From positions 10,044,001 to 10,108,000 of the forward strand of contig NC_134025.1 of the NCBI RefSeq assembly GCF_964204645.1: DNA of 64,000 bases, in the 5' to 3' direction. Positions 27,969 to 40,643 of this stretch are shown here, one piece after another. The notes beneath the pieces were generated by a model, which saw only the letters and a program-made list of their open reading frames with translations, did no database searches and was not told the DNA's origin. Numbering within the stretch: the first letter of the stretch is position 1; every line of letters starts with the position of its first letter. A program made the translations under genes and the position numbers. The stretch comes from Tubulanus polymorphus. Lineage: Eukaryota > Animalia > Nemertea.

Positions 27969-30900
27969 GAGAGAGTGAGTAGCAACTATTTTCATCATAT
28001 CGTTTATATCCGTTGGATGTAATTGTTGAACTGACGAACAAGGAAGACTTTGAATACTACAAAAGCATAATATTGAGAGCTCATATGTCACATATGATAC
28101 GCAAGCCTTGCTCATTTCATTCGCTGGTGCGTTAATTTCGACATCAAAGGTCACGTCGAAACTATAAATGGTCTCGGTTTCAAAGGAAATTTCATTATCG
28201 TCATTTGAAGGGCAAGAAAAACATTATCACTATACCTTAGATCGTGCGCACAAGAGTTTCGGGACCGTGTTTTTTTGTAGACTATCAAATCATCAAACGC
28301 TTCATAGAACTGATATAGTCCGCCTCAGAAAACTGACACTATTTCCATCTTGAAATTCTGGCCCAAAATAGGGTACTATAGCAGCTACACAAATTTTCAT
28401 GCAGGCAGACGGTTGCTTCCTTGATCCCACAAGTGATTGATCTTATGGGGGCTATAGGAGGCTGCAGTTATGGAAAGGTCTAAAAAGCAGTGTATTCTAA
28501 TAGTAAAGAAACACATTATGGCCCATCTTGAAAATCTTCAATTAACCTTCTGTCAATACTGCTGTCAATTAATAACTACTGTCAATTAATATATTGATAT
28601 TAGTAAAAGAGCGTGGTTAAACCAGCGCAACCTACGCGCCGAATGAGCTAAGTCAAAGCATAAATCCGCACGCAAATTACTAGCGATATTTTAACTTTCA
28701 TTCAAATGAAATTAATAAAATATGCTTACCATTGTGAAAGCAACCACGAAGACCGGAGCACAGATTTTTCAAAGATTTCCGGTGTTGAGTAAATAGCATG
28801 TATGGTGTGTTTTCGAAGGGATGAAAGCGTTGATACGGCGACAAAACCTCTGAAAGTGGCGTTTCATTTTTGAAGTCGATTTTCTTAACACGCAATGCAG
28901 TGTTGAAGTTGGCTTCATAAAGCGGTAGAGAGAAGTGCGTAATCAATGGAATTTTAAAATGACGATAGGATTTCTTTCAATTTTGAATCAGACAAAGACT
29001 CGAGATTTCGAATTATATTTCTGATCATAGAAAATGAAAAGAATGTCACCAAATACTTAGTCACAAATACTCTTGATCAAAGGTATCCAAGGGCGGTGCT
29101 TTTCTTTATTTTCAACCCTAGGTTTAAATAGGTAGAGTCAAACAAAACCTCTGAAAAATCATATCTTCAGAAAACTTTGTGAGACGGGCATACGTGCAAA
29201 ACGACACATGTAACTGAAATGAATATGCAGAAAAAGGAGCGTACAGTTATAAATGACTAGTATCAGAATGTACGTGACGATATCTGTAGGTGTGATGGAT
29301 TTTTTCCTTTATCAAACTTCATAAAAATGTGCGTTTATCAAATCGGTTTTGGAATTGCGCCGACGCCCACGGTCTTTTCTCCGTCAGGGAAATTGATAAT
29401 GGGGGTATTCACTTCGCAGTGGCAGGTGCAATACCGATGCATATGTACATAGGGAGCCGCTGTCCGCCGGATCCAAAGTAAATACATTTTACTTTGACGT
29501 GAACGCGAGACAGCTGCAATTCCAGAGAGGTCTTGTTAACTTACAGTAAAAGTTAAGACAATCAAACGACTGAACTAACGAAAATAAGGCGACGCGTATC
29601 CTACATTAAAATCACCATAAATTGCTCTTAAAGTGATGAGTAATGGGATCAGCCTATACTATGGTGATCATCTTGATTGTCTGGATGGAAAGTCCTCCTT
29701 TTCGCGTACATATTCATATCGATCAGGTGGATTGGAGATGATTTCCGGATTACGAAATCAGAGTTGATCCAGACCTACTGGAAAGCGATGCTATCCTATC
29801 AACTATAGGAATAAGTATGTACCGGTGTATATGGCAACAAGACTGTACCAAATTAATTCCGAGAGTTATCGAACTCAAGACTTAGACTACTGCGAGGGTT
29901 AACAGTCTCAGGGTTAGTGACATAAAGATATTCAACACAGGGTTATCAATAAGTTCATACCCCGGCAACAGGGGGCGACACAAAACAATTCAATAATGAT
30001 GAAATACAACAGGTAATAGTAAATACAATAATGCCTCCTTTCAAATGGAAGAGGTCTCAAGCACCTTCTGTTTAGAACGAGTTTTTAAAGAAATCAAGTA
30101 GTCGAAAGGGCCCTGCTGACTTGTCCGCATCATACTTATCTCAGTAACATGCTGCCCAAAAATAGTGGCGTTCGCCGCAGCAATAAAACAGATCCTGTCA
30201 AACTTCGGCGCTTCCGATGCACTTCCCTGTTGATATAGGCCTATATGAATCCAACCATCTGGGATTATAGGATAAAGCATTATTAAGACCGACGGAAAAA
30301 AATAAACAGGAAAAGCAGGGAGAAAAGGTGCTTTCATTTCTATTTTTCACCCTCGCCGCATTCAGAGACAGATTGTCCCCGGCGCAGCGAGGAATCTTCC
30401 ACACGCAGCGTCGACGATATTGTCCCCGGCAATCCGTCGTGAAATTCGACACCATTCGGCCGCGTTGCGTGATCCGGAACGATCAGTGAAAATGACGCCT
30501 GAATGAAACGGCCGCTATTGTGGCGCTGGCGAATTCCGTTGTTGACTGTCCCTTTTATCGCAGAATCCATTGACAAGATTCGTAATTTCCACATAAACGC
30601 GCCGTAATTATCGTACGCGCTAAAAATATGATTTGCGCCGCGTTTTTGACAGCTGTACTTGAAAAGAAACTGCCTGTCAAAACAACGATTAGATACGTTA
30701 CCGTACTCGGATTACGAAGTGCACTAGGGAGGCAAAAATGTGTCGTCGCCATCTCTTTATTTCTTGCAGGAAACCGTGAAAATTCATATTAATTAAAGGA
30801 ACCGCAATAGAACCATAGTGGCGTTCGGTCTACAGATGAAGCAAGCGGCATTCCAGGCCTAACTATGGGCACCTTTTCTCGAAAGAATGAAAAGAGTCTT

Positions 30901-33900
30901 AATTTTTGTTTTTAAAGCTATTTCAATGCATCAATTCGATGTTGTTCAATGCGAATTTCACAATCACAGACCACAATTCACTATTTTAAATAAACTTTTC
31001 AGATCGATTCATTTGTTGTCGGATTTTTACTCATCGTTTTATCACGGATATGGTGATCCTCAACTGATTTACAATCACAGAGATTATAAAGATCACTTCC
31101 CTTATCAATTTTACATAGCCAGTAATCAAAATGAATTAACAAATTTTTTTAGACTTGAAATTAGTCGACTATTCTGAGCAGAGGTCTGTCAGAATAACGG
31201 GTCCGCATTGCAATAAATACATCTTCACGATCTACTCTTTATAAATTACTCAAATATGAACAATGAAATGAATCAAAAATTCGCCCATTCATGTCGGTTC
31301 CTTGCAACCAACACATGGAAACAAAACTGATCAATGCGCATAACGCGCATCTTTTCGCAAACTGCAAATCGTGTAGACGAACAAAATAGGGTGTCAACTC
31401 TGAAAAGAGGAAATGCTACTACCATCTGCTAAGAGCGTGGCCCGCGTTCACTTGATTGAAACTAAAAACAGCAGGAGGGATAAAACGGGGCATGATTTGA
31501 GACCTTACAAAAATATATGGATATCGTGCGGAATTTTTTTGTCCTTTTTTTTCATTATCCAATTAGAACGATGTCGGGGCAACCGTTTAGGGAAAAATAA
31601 CGTACCGGTCCTGAAAACAGGATCATGAGATGGGTGGTATAGTTCACGATATATTGTCGGCGTTTATTAATATGATCCCACCCATCTTATTATGTAATTG
31701 GCCCGCTGCGTAGCCTGCGGATATTGTAAGTAATTTTCTACTATGATCAAACTGAAATAATGAATCGCTTTTCATTCGTAAGATTCATTGTATCGTCGGA
31801 ACAATAAATACGGCCTGCCGTGGGTATCGGGTCCGGTTTTTTTTTCATTTTGTTAAGAGAAAAACCTTGGGTACCATCGTCGGAGGTTTTTCAGACAATC
31901 GTATGTTTGGATAATATTATTGTTAGATTTGCAACACGTTTTGCGTCTGTTATATCATTGCGCACACGGCATTGTCAGCGTACGCACAATACTACTGTTG
32001 AAAAGGCTTGTTAAAACTAAGTACGATTCATAGATTGTCACAACATATTATTTCCAGGACACATGATATTGTGCATTTCACTAACAACTGAATTCAAAAC
32101 CGAAGTTTTCACATCTCATTCATTTGTTGTTTTTTTTTTTTTACTGTTTCTATTATTTCACCCATTTCAATACGTGTAGGACCTAAATGTCTCTGTAATC
32201 AGACAATCAATTTGAAAATTCTTAGGCCTATCAAATTTAATTTTTACACAGTTCATTAACCCTTTTTCCTCCTTATCAAGCCATCAACCTCATAGATTGG
32301 GTATGGTAGTTATCTTTTTACAATAAAAGAGCAAACTTTTCTTGAATAGTCTCTTTGGTCTTTGATGATCACACAGATGCGCCATCTTCTAGTAATCAGA
32401 GAGACTACTTCAACAAATGTGTGACTGTCAGTAGCGGCAGATGAAGAAGAGCTACAATTTTGCAAGCCTGGGTTCTAATGTAATAGGAAATACCATTGTA
32501 GTTGTTTCAGTCAGTGCTGTGGACGTTTTTTCTAAGGCCTCTAGATAATGAAAGATTGCAATCTCATCAACCCGAGTAAGAAGGTTCCAATTATCAAATC
32601 CAGGCGGTCTTACAAGTCCTGTCAATGAATCGCGAAAGATTTTCAAATGCTGATTTAGATGGTTGTCTGACGAGTAGTTAATTTTTCATTGTCAGGATAG
32701 GGAAAGGCTATAGGCCTATTTGTACGACACTAGAGCCAACATTTGGCGACACTAGAGCCAACATGTTGACAACTGAATTGTTTAAACTGCTTAAGTCTTG
32801 GTCTTCTTGGTTTTCAAAAAAGTGTTAAGGGTAGAAAATATCCCAGCTAACGCAGCTTTTCCTTTCGATGAATTGTTTCTGATCAACTGTGACAGACCTA
32901 CTCCCTGACCCTGTGCCTCTCACTCTCTCTCTCTATTTTGATTCTTCATTCATCGACATCAACATCAATCCTGCTAAAAATGAATACGTGACAACTCCCA
33001 GTCATGACACAATCGTAAAAAACATTTTGATCACTGAATCATTCTTAATCTTGAATAATCATCAACTTTACGTCCTTACCTCAATTGAATTGAATAGTGC
33101 GCCATGTGTACCATACCATACTACCAAATATTTTACGTGCAGTATGAGTCGTCGACCTTGAAACCATGTAACAGAAACCTGAATTACCTCACGTTCCAGT
33201 GACTGTTTTTTCCCGATTTGCGGACCCGTTATTCGGTCTTTATCTTAGCTCTGGGCAACTGAACTACTATTCTTGGATCGAATCTTCTACTCGACCCGAA
33301 ATAGATTAATCCAGGGCACATTTTCACAGTCGTCTGTGCACCTCTGATTTGACAGGAGATTTAATAATATGAAATCTATCCATCATGTAAATGAAAAATG
33401 GGACACATGAACTATCTTGAAATTGTGTACAACAAAGTGAAAAAGTGTAATTCAATAACTGAGATATCACCCGAAAAATTGTTATAAGGCTACGGTACAA
33501 AATTGAACGATTCTGTTCAAATTTCTTCAGGATGCTTTTCAATCGTGTCGAAGTCACGCTTTCCACGAGGGAGTCCTAAAAAGCCTAACTTCATACGAGA
33601 ATCCCTTTCCGATATCGATATGCAAGCAAAGCAAGAACCATTGTGATTGCATTCACTGCTAGGGTGGATTCGAGGTCAAGGCAATGCCTCCTACGTAGCT
33701 AGAATCTAATATTTTTGAATTACAGTTACAAAAAATAACATCTTATTTGATTATCTATGTCCAACAAAGAAAATTTATGGGATACCCCCCCCCCCCCCAT
33801 ATTGGCTCACACCTTCAGATTCCCGCGATTTCGGAATGGTGACGATAATCACTGACCACGAATAAGGTTTCTAGTAGCAAATTTGATAACCGAATAGTTG

Positions 33901-36317
33901 TAGTTAATATTGCAATATCGACACCTTCAAATCGTATTAAATAGGCTTCATCTAATATTCAGAGATTGAGTAATTGCATTTGTATATATATTAGCAATAT
34001 ATCTACTCTCTACTCTATCAGAATCCAAGGCAATCACCGATGAGAAATATCCCGTTCCAGATGGAAACAGATCCGTAGTCCTCGTCGAGATTCATAACTA
34101 AAAACTTTTAGTCTGATGAATCCGGGATTGAATTTTTTAAGGGTTTGAGATAAATGAGGATGAATATGACTTCGAAAGCCGGTATCGTTGTCGAGAACAC
34201 GTTTCCATCGGCTGGGTTATTGGTGACTTTGGTTTACGTCCTGGGACTATATGAACTTATAGTTTATCTATGGAGCTCGTGGGATAAATTGCCTGCCCTG
34301 CTAGGCACGGATACGCGTCCGATGAAGAAGAGGAAAACGTACGAAATTCTTTCACCCGAACGGTAAGAACAGCGTTGTTTACATTCTGGAACGAGTTAAA
34401 AGCAACTTCGAGTTTTTGAAATATTTCATTCACGATGACGGATCGACCGATGTATTCTCAATGTAGAAGATGAACAATCCCAGAATTGATAATGTACTTT
34501 TACATGTACATTTATATTAATAGTCTTACAAGAATAAATAGGTTTCGAGATTAATCTTACATCAACAGTTCTAATAATGGGATTTAGGTTTATCTTGAAA
34601 CCGTTAGACTAATCGAATATAAAGATATAGTTCATTAATGTTTACTGAGAGCGAAATGTAACTTAAAAAACTTAGAACTGGTCATTATCCGTTGCTTGGT
34701 TTACTATTAGATTCTTTATTACGACTTTATTTATATGCTCGGACCTTTCGTCTAATCATGAAATCCTTGTTCGAGTTATTTACAATAAAGAAACCACAAG
34801 ATTAAGATTTCTCGGTCGAATTCAAATTGGTTTCTAGTTACAAGTTAGCAGTTTGGAAATAGTGTAATGTTTCATATATAAGAAATCGAGACGCGTAAAT
34901 TAATTCGATTCTACGGACACAAGATATCGATCAGTCGCGCTGTGATCAAACTCGAAATGTTATTACAGTCGATCATCTTATGTGTGAAGTGTACAGGATT
35001 GAAGGTGATTCTCGAAGTTATTAAGTGATACATTACTGAAGGCAATATTGCCTTTGGAATTACTATCGAATATATCGCCACTTGAATGCGAAAACACCTC
35101 CGCAGGTAAATGAAGGCTTGTAGGGTGCAGGCACTTTCCAGGATCCATATATAGACCATTTGGGAACGTATCCAACGGGGTTTTAGCATTAAATATGTAT
35201 GAGGTATCAACGAAGGATCTTGGTCTTATACTTTTACGTAAACACGTCACTTCTTCACTGTCACTACTTCTTTAATCGTTTAAGTGATTTCGGTAATACC
35301 TCATCCTGCATGGGCGTCATGATAGAAATAAATCACAATATTTACATAATGTATAAAATCGGCTGAGGATAGCCGAAATGGGAGGGGAGGGCAGTGTTAC
35401 GTAAATACGACATCAAGCACGATCTATGTAGTTCCTCCAGTTTGCCTCTCTTCCAGTTATCGCGCTGATCAATGTTCTGAACAAGGTCTTACAGGAGAGA
35501 GTTTGAAATGTTCTGTTTTTTTTATCAATTCAGTAAACATGTTATACGTTTTTAAATGAATCACTATTAGGTTTTCCTCAAGTGTGACGGATTTTCGTCC
35601 AGTATAAAATGAATATTTTACATTGGAGGCTATTTGAATGAATCCCTTGAAAGAATTCGCATCTCAGTTACCATTTTTTCTCTCTTATTCTATTTTGATT
35701 TTTTTATTTCAGATTGCGCATGCATTATCACGGTCGAAGAAGATCGTCGCAAATCAATCTCGATCAAGTTTGGAGAAAAATCAAAATGGCCACAGACAAT
35801 AATCGTTACAGGCGTCGCTATACAATCGTGCCATTTTCAAATCGGTCGTCGGTATTCAAGTGAACAGATAACCCTCCTGGTGAATTTTACCATTCGTTTC
35901 CACAAACTTTTCCAACCCACAATTTAAAAACACAAAACAACTGAGAAGATGTGTTGCATCCCGTAAAAACCCCCATGACTGGTCCAATTTTCCACTTCGC
36001 TTCAAAAAATGCAATTTTTGATAGAAAATGAAACTTCCAGCTGTTTAGGTACCACCATTACGGAAATTCTCGTTGAAGTGTTGTACAGATGTGAAGTCGT
36101 TCAGTAAAATACCCCCCTAACGGTATACACATGCATTTAACGAATTAAAATCATCCAGGTTTTACTGTCGTAATATGTTTGTTGTCTTCATGTTTTGCTT
36201 CGGAAGTTTTCTGTCGATCTTGTCGAGAAAATCTACGTAATTTTGCAAAAAAATGATCTTGTTCATTTTCTTCTCGATACGTAGTAAACCAACTTTAATG
36301 TGAAGCAACTTCATTTC

Positions 36318-37170
36318 CTAATTTCCGAGTAAAAGGATTGATTTCATGGTTACAAAAAACATCGCTTTCAGTTGAATTCGAAAACGACGCCTCGAAGCGC
36401 AGTAAATAAAGAAATTAGTAGATGCTACTGACATTCTAATCAATCTCTGAACAGTATTGATGTATAGGTATAGATATCCTTTACCAATTCTACCATTTAT
36501 GGTTAGAATTAAATTATTTATGGATGCCCGGAGGTAAAATGATTTTTTAACAACAAACAGAGATGAGATGAGAACTAACGTGACTGTCAAACTACGGTCG
36601 TTACTATGGTGGTTTGTAGACATGATTTTTCTAACTGCGCTCGCAGACTTCAAAGTGAAAATCAATCGAATGGTAATGATTATTACTATCGAGATTGGCA
36701 TAAAGGTAACTATCGGGGCACGAATGAACACCTCGTAGTATCTGAAATAATTGTTCTCGCAAGCGCAGTCAATTTCTGCGTCCATCTCTCGTGTCCGGTA
36801 CATAGATTTATGGAACGTCGAGCAGTATACTTGAAAACATTCTTTATTTCTTCACATGTACAGATTAACATTACTAAAATATTGTAGATATAACCTCTCT
36901 TCGCGGTTATAAGCCGGACTGATTTCAGAGGCCAAACAGACAACGATATATCTGTCTATAGCTATTATGAATGTTATAAGATCTCCGACGTTTGAAAACA
37001 ATATTTGAAAATTTCTAGTATACGAATACAGACGTTTTATATCGTGGTTCAATTTAAGCGTCATGTCCAGTAATAAAGTTCTACTATACAACTCATAATG
37101 AAAATCTATTGTAATATACGACATGCAAGTCAGCAACAGCCAAACATCTCAGATAAAATATACTTGTGTT
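36318..37170 (-). pseudogene. Intronless rhodopsin-class GPCR pseudogene (FMRFamide/sex-peptide-receptor/Srw-like), 5'-truncated
   Basis: TM2 motif FYLRCLAVADL, TM3 FIIAIDRYIVVC, then WPLKSVRLITAKR, TM5 VTFMPISIVIIITIRLI, TM6 SLTVTLVLISSLFVV and TM7 STNFFIYCASRRRFR. These lie in different frames (about 3 frameshifts near 37126, 36935 and 36810). TM1 is missing and replaced by a tandem array. Confidence 0.85.
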
Positions 37171-37171
37171 C

Positions 37172-38035
37172 GGTATATGGTCATTGCCCGGTGCAAGGGC
37201 TCCTTGAGGGTCTAATTGACACCCAAAGACCCCACAATATCAAAAATAATGTTTAGATATTGATAAGTAAAATACAAAACGGTCAAAGTCTCTGAAACCT
37301 TCAGAAAAGATAGAACTTTTCGAGAGCTACAGTCCAGTATATAGTTGTTGCCCGGTGCAAGGGCGCCTTGGGGGTCTAATTCACGCCCAAATCCCCAAAA
37401 TATCAATAATAATGTTTAGAAATAAATAAGTAAAATACAAAACGGTCAAAGTCTCTGAAACTTTCAGAGAAGATAGACCTAAACAAGAGCTACAGCCCAG
37501 TATATAGTTGTTGCCCGGTGCAAGGGCTCCTTGGGGGGTCTAATTAACGCCCAAAGACCCCAAAATATCAATAATATTGTTTGGAAATTAATAAGTAAAA
37601 TACAAAACGGTCAAAGTCTCTGAAACTTTCGGAGAAGATAGAACTATTCGAGAGCTACAGTCCAGTATATAGTTGTTGCCCGGTGCAAGGGCTCCTTGGG
37701 GGTCTAATTGACGCCCAAAGACCCCCAAAATATCAATAATAATGTTTAGAAATAAATAAGTGAAATACAAAACGGTCAAAGTCCATGAAACTTTCAAAGA
37801 TAGAACTATTCCCGGCCTACAGTCCAGTATATGGTCATTGCCCGGTGCAAGGGCTACTTGAGGGTCAAATTGACGCCCAAAGACCCCAAAATATCAAAAA
37901 TTATGTTTAGAAATTAATAAGTAAAATACAAAACGGTCAAAGTCTCTGAAACTTTCAGAAAAGATAGAACTTTTCAAGAGCTACAGTCCAGTATATATTT
38001 GTTGCCCGGTGCAAGGGCTCCTCGTCGGTCTAATT
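37172..38035. repeat. ~164-bp tandem array (5 full units plus a terminal partial), probably part of a Helitron/Helentron-type non-autonomous element
   Basis: Motif gcccggtgcaagggc recurs at 37186, 37350, 37513, 37678, 37840 and 38004 (spacing 162-165). Each unit carries this short GC hairpin. The transposon class is an inference. Confidence 0.85.
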
Positions 38036-40643
38036 AAAGTTTTTTGCGCACTTCCGGTTCAATTAGCGCATGTTGCCGATGACGTCATAATCTCGAGCAG
38101 ACGATAAGCTTTCATATGACGCTAGGATGGAAATTTTTGAGCTAGGTAAAGTGGTCAAATTTACGTTTTTCTAAATGATTACGTCATATGAAGCCCAAAA
38201 ACTCCGGGAAAACTCTCAAAACTACTACAGCATGAAACAAGTTTATTAATCATGATTTTTGTTTAAAAAAAATTTGGGAACTAGTTTTAAAAACTATTAT
38301 AAAGTTTTCAAGTAAACGTTGCCATGGGTACACATAAAAACATTCGCCATTTCTGGCGTATTTCGCCGTTTTTGGCGTAGTTAGTTTTATAATCATAAAC
38401 TATTAAGCCATTATTGGCAGTCCCCTTGTTATATATGAGGATTCCCCCACCCACTTAGACGTTTCCCCTAGTGTCTACGCGGTACTTTTTTCGGAATAAA
38501 ATAATTAATTTGCTGAGGTGAACGGATGTGTAAATATAATATGTTAAAAATAAAAATAAAATCATTATTATTATAATTATCATTCTCATAAGACAAATCA
38601 ATCATGGATGTATAAACTAGTGTATCAAAAATCTAGTTTTAAGTTTTGCCCATGGTCTTATCTTGCCTAATAAAGCATAGAATGGTTGAGGGATATATTG
38701 GACTGCATATGATGTTGGTTAATTGAAGGTAATTAACATCTTCGATGCCTCCAAGCTAATTGATGGATTCTTGTGATGGATAGTGATTGAATGAATTGGT
38801 GGCCGATGACGTTACAACTCAAAATCGATACAGCTGTATCTAGACTCATTTCAAAATACAACAAACATTTTCGAAACAATTTGGGATACATGTATGTATA
38901 TATTTATTTCATAGAATACAGGTATACAGAAAGAACAGAATTCAAATACATTTGCCATCGGAAACCCATACATTTATATTTAATTCTTTCTTGAAGCCTG
39001 GAACGGATCAATGAGATTAATTTTTCGGCGCAAATATACAAATGTATGCCAGCAGAAAAGCGATGATGTCATAATAGGGACTCCCATCGAACTAAGCATT
39101 ATAAATAGCACCTGTAAAACTATCTAAGCTAAAAACGCCGTTTCTGGCGATGTAGTTTTAAAAACTGTAACAGCTGAAAACGGCGGAAATGGCGTTTTTT
39201 AAGAACAAGCCAAAAATGGCAGAAAAAGCCGATTTCGGCTAAATTGGCAGAAGCAGTTTAAAACTGAGTAATCCATAAATGGCTGATTCTGCCGTTATTG
39301 GCGGAAAACGCCGAAATTGGCAGAATAAGCCGTTTTTGGAAAGTGTTCCTGACTGTTGAAGCGAGACCTCACACTCGCGCCATTTTGCAGAGCTTCTCGA
39401 GACCTGTGGTGGTGACAGGTCTGCATTATTAAACTGATGAAATGAAGGAAAACTTTAATTTTTTGGTCTCATTATAGTAATGAGTATAATATCAATTGCT
39501 TACCATAGATAGATTAAATCTTAAGTTACTATAAAACAATAATTATGAAGCCAGACCCCTGCTCACATGGCAGCTCGCGCCATTTTGCAGAATTTCTCGC
39601 GACCTGTGGTGACAGGTCTGCATTAAAACTGATATAAATAGAAAAAAAAACTTCTTGCTTTAAATTTTGCTTTAAATTGATGAGTTGATTTAAAATCAGT
39701 CTCAATAAAATCAGTCTCTATATTGCATTCGGCTCTTTTACATGTACATCATAAAAACAATGAATATAAATAGTGAGACTTCAGGACAGTGAGGAGTGAT
39801 GCCGCCGAACTGTGATAGTGAGCAGATATTTTTCAGTGTCTTATTGCGGAAACGAAATATCAAGACCTCGATTCAGCTATCGAAAATATTCTCTTCTACA
39901 TTAATTAATTCATATGCCTGAAACTTATTTTTTCAATACAGAAATAAGTCATTTTACACATAAATATTTTCTTCTTATAAATCAACCTTTCAAATGAATT
40001 ATTAGTCAGAACATTTTCCTTATCGTTATTGTTGAATCATTTTCGATATTTACGACGGATCAGAATATTCATTCAACTCAAAATGTGCTTCCATTCGTCT
40101 AGCACATGCCTAGATATTTCGCCGTTTCGTCAAATATTGTTGTGAGTTTGGATTTTTTCGGGACCTGACAATTCAATTTAATTAATTCTTTATTGTTCCG
40201 TAACGTAGTTAAACATTATAAGATTAAGTACAATAAAGACAGGGGAATGACTAGGGGATGACAGGTAAGACCTGTCATAAGACCTGACATGACAGGTTCT
40301 GGAAACTCTGCAGCCAGACATCATTCACATTTCCAAGGATGAGTCGAGAGGCCCGGGCTTGAAGTTGTTCGTTTTGGCCCTATATCAATAAATAGGCCTA
40401 TGGCTATTGTACATAGGCCTAACACTACTATCTTCATTATCTGATCTAAGGGGGTAGACTAGTTTGATTATAGATCAGTTCTTTAATAGGCTAGATTGGA
40501 AAAATTCAGGCCAAAAAATCATCACATGATTAAGTTCACATGATTTCTGTTCATTCATTCATCAGTTGTGGTAATATGCCAGATCATAAAAAACAGCTAT
40601 TTTATTAGCAGCCGCCTGCATAAGGCTATTTTGTTTTTGCAGC

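Noticed and set aside
339-32014. Numerous 60-160 aa ORFs in the left half of the window
   Set aside because: No recognisable domains, no consistent splice structure, and many overlap MITEs or the duplicated block.
34110-34320. Faint resemblance of the decayed frame to an FKBP domain
   Set aside because: Motif spacing and key residues do not match convincingly. Not supportable without a profile search.
37212-37797. Hydrophobic ORFs that might supply TM1 of the GPCR
   Set aside because: They are translations of the 164-bp tandem repeat and recur in every unit.
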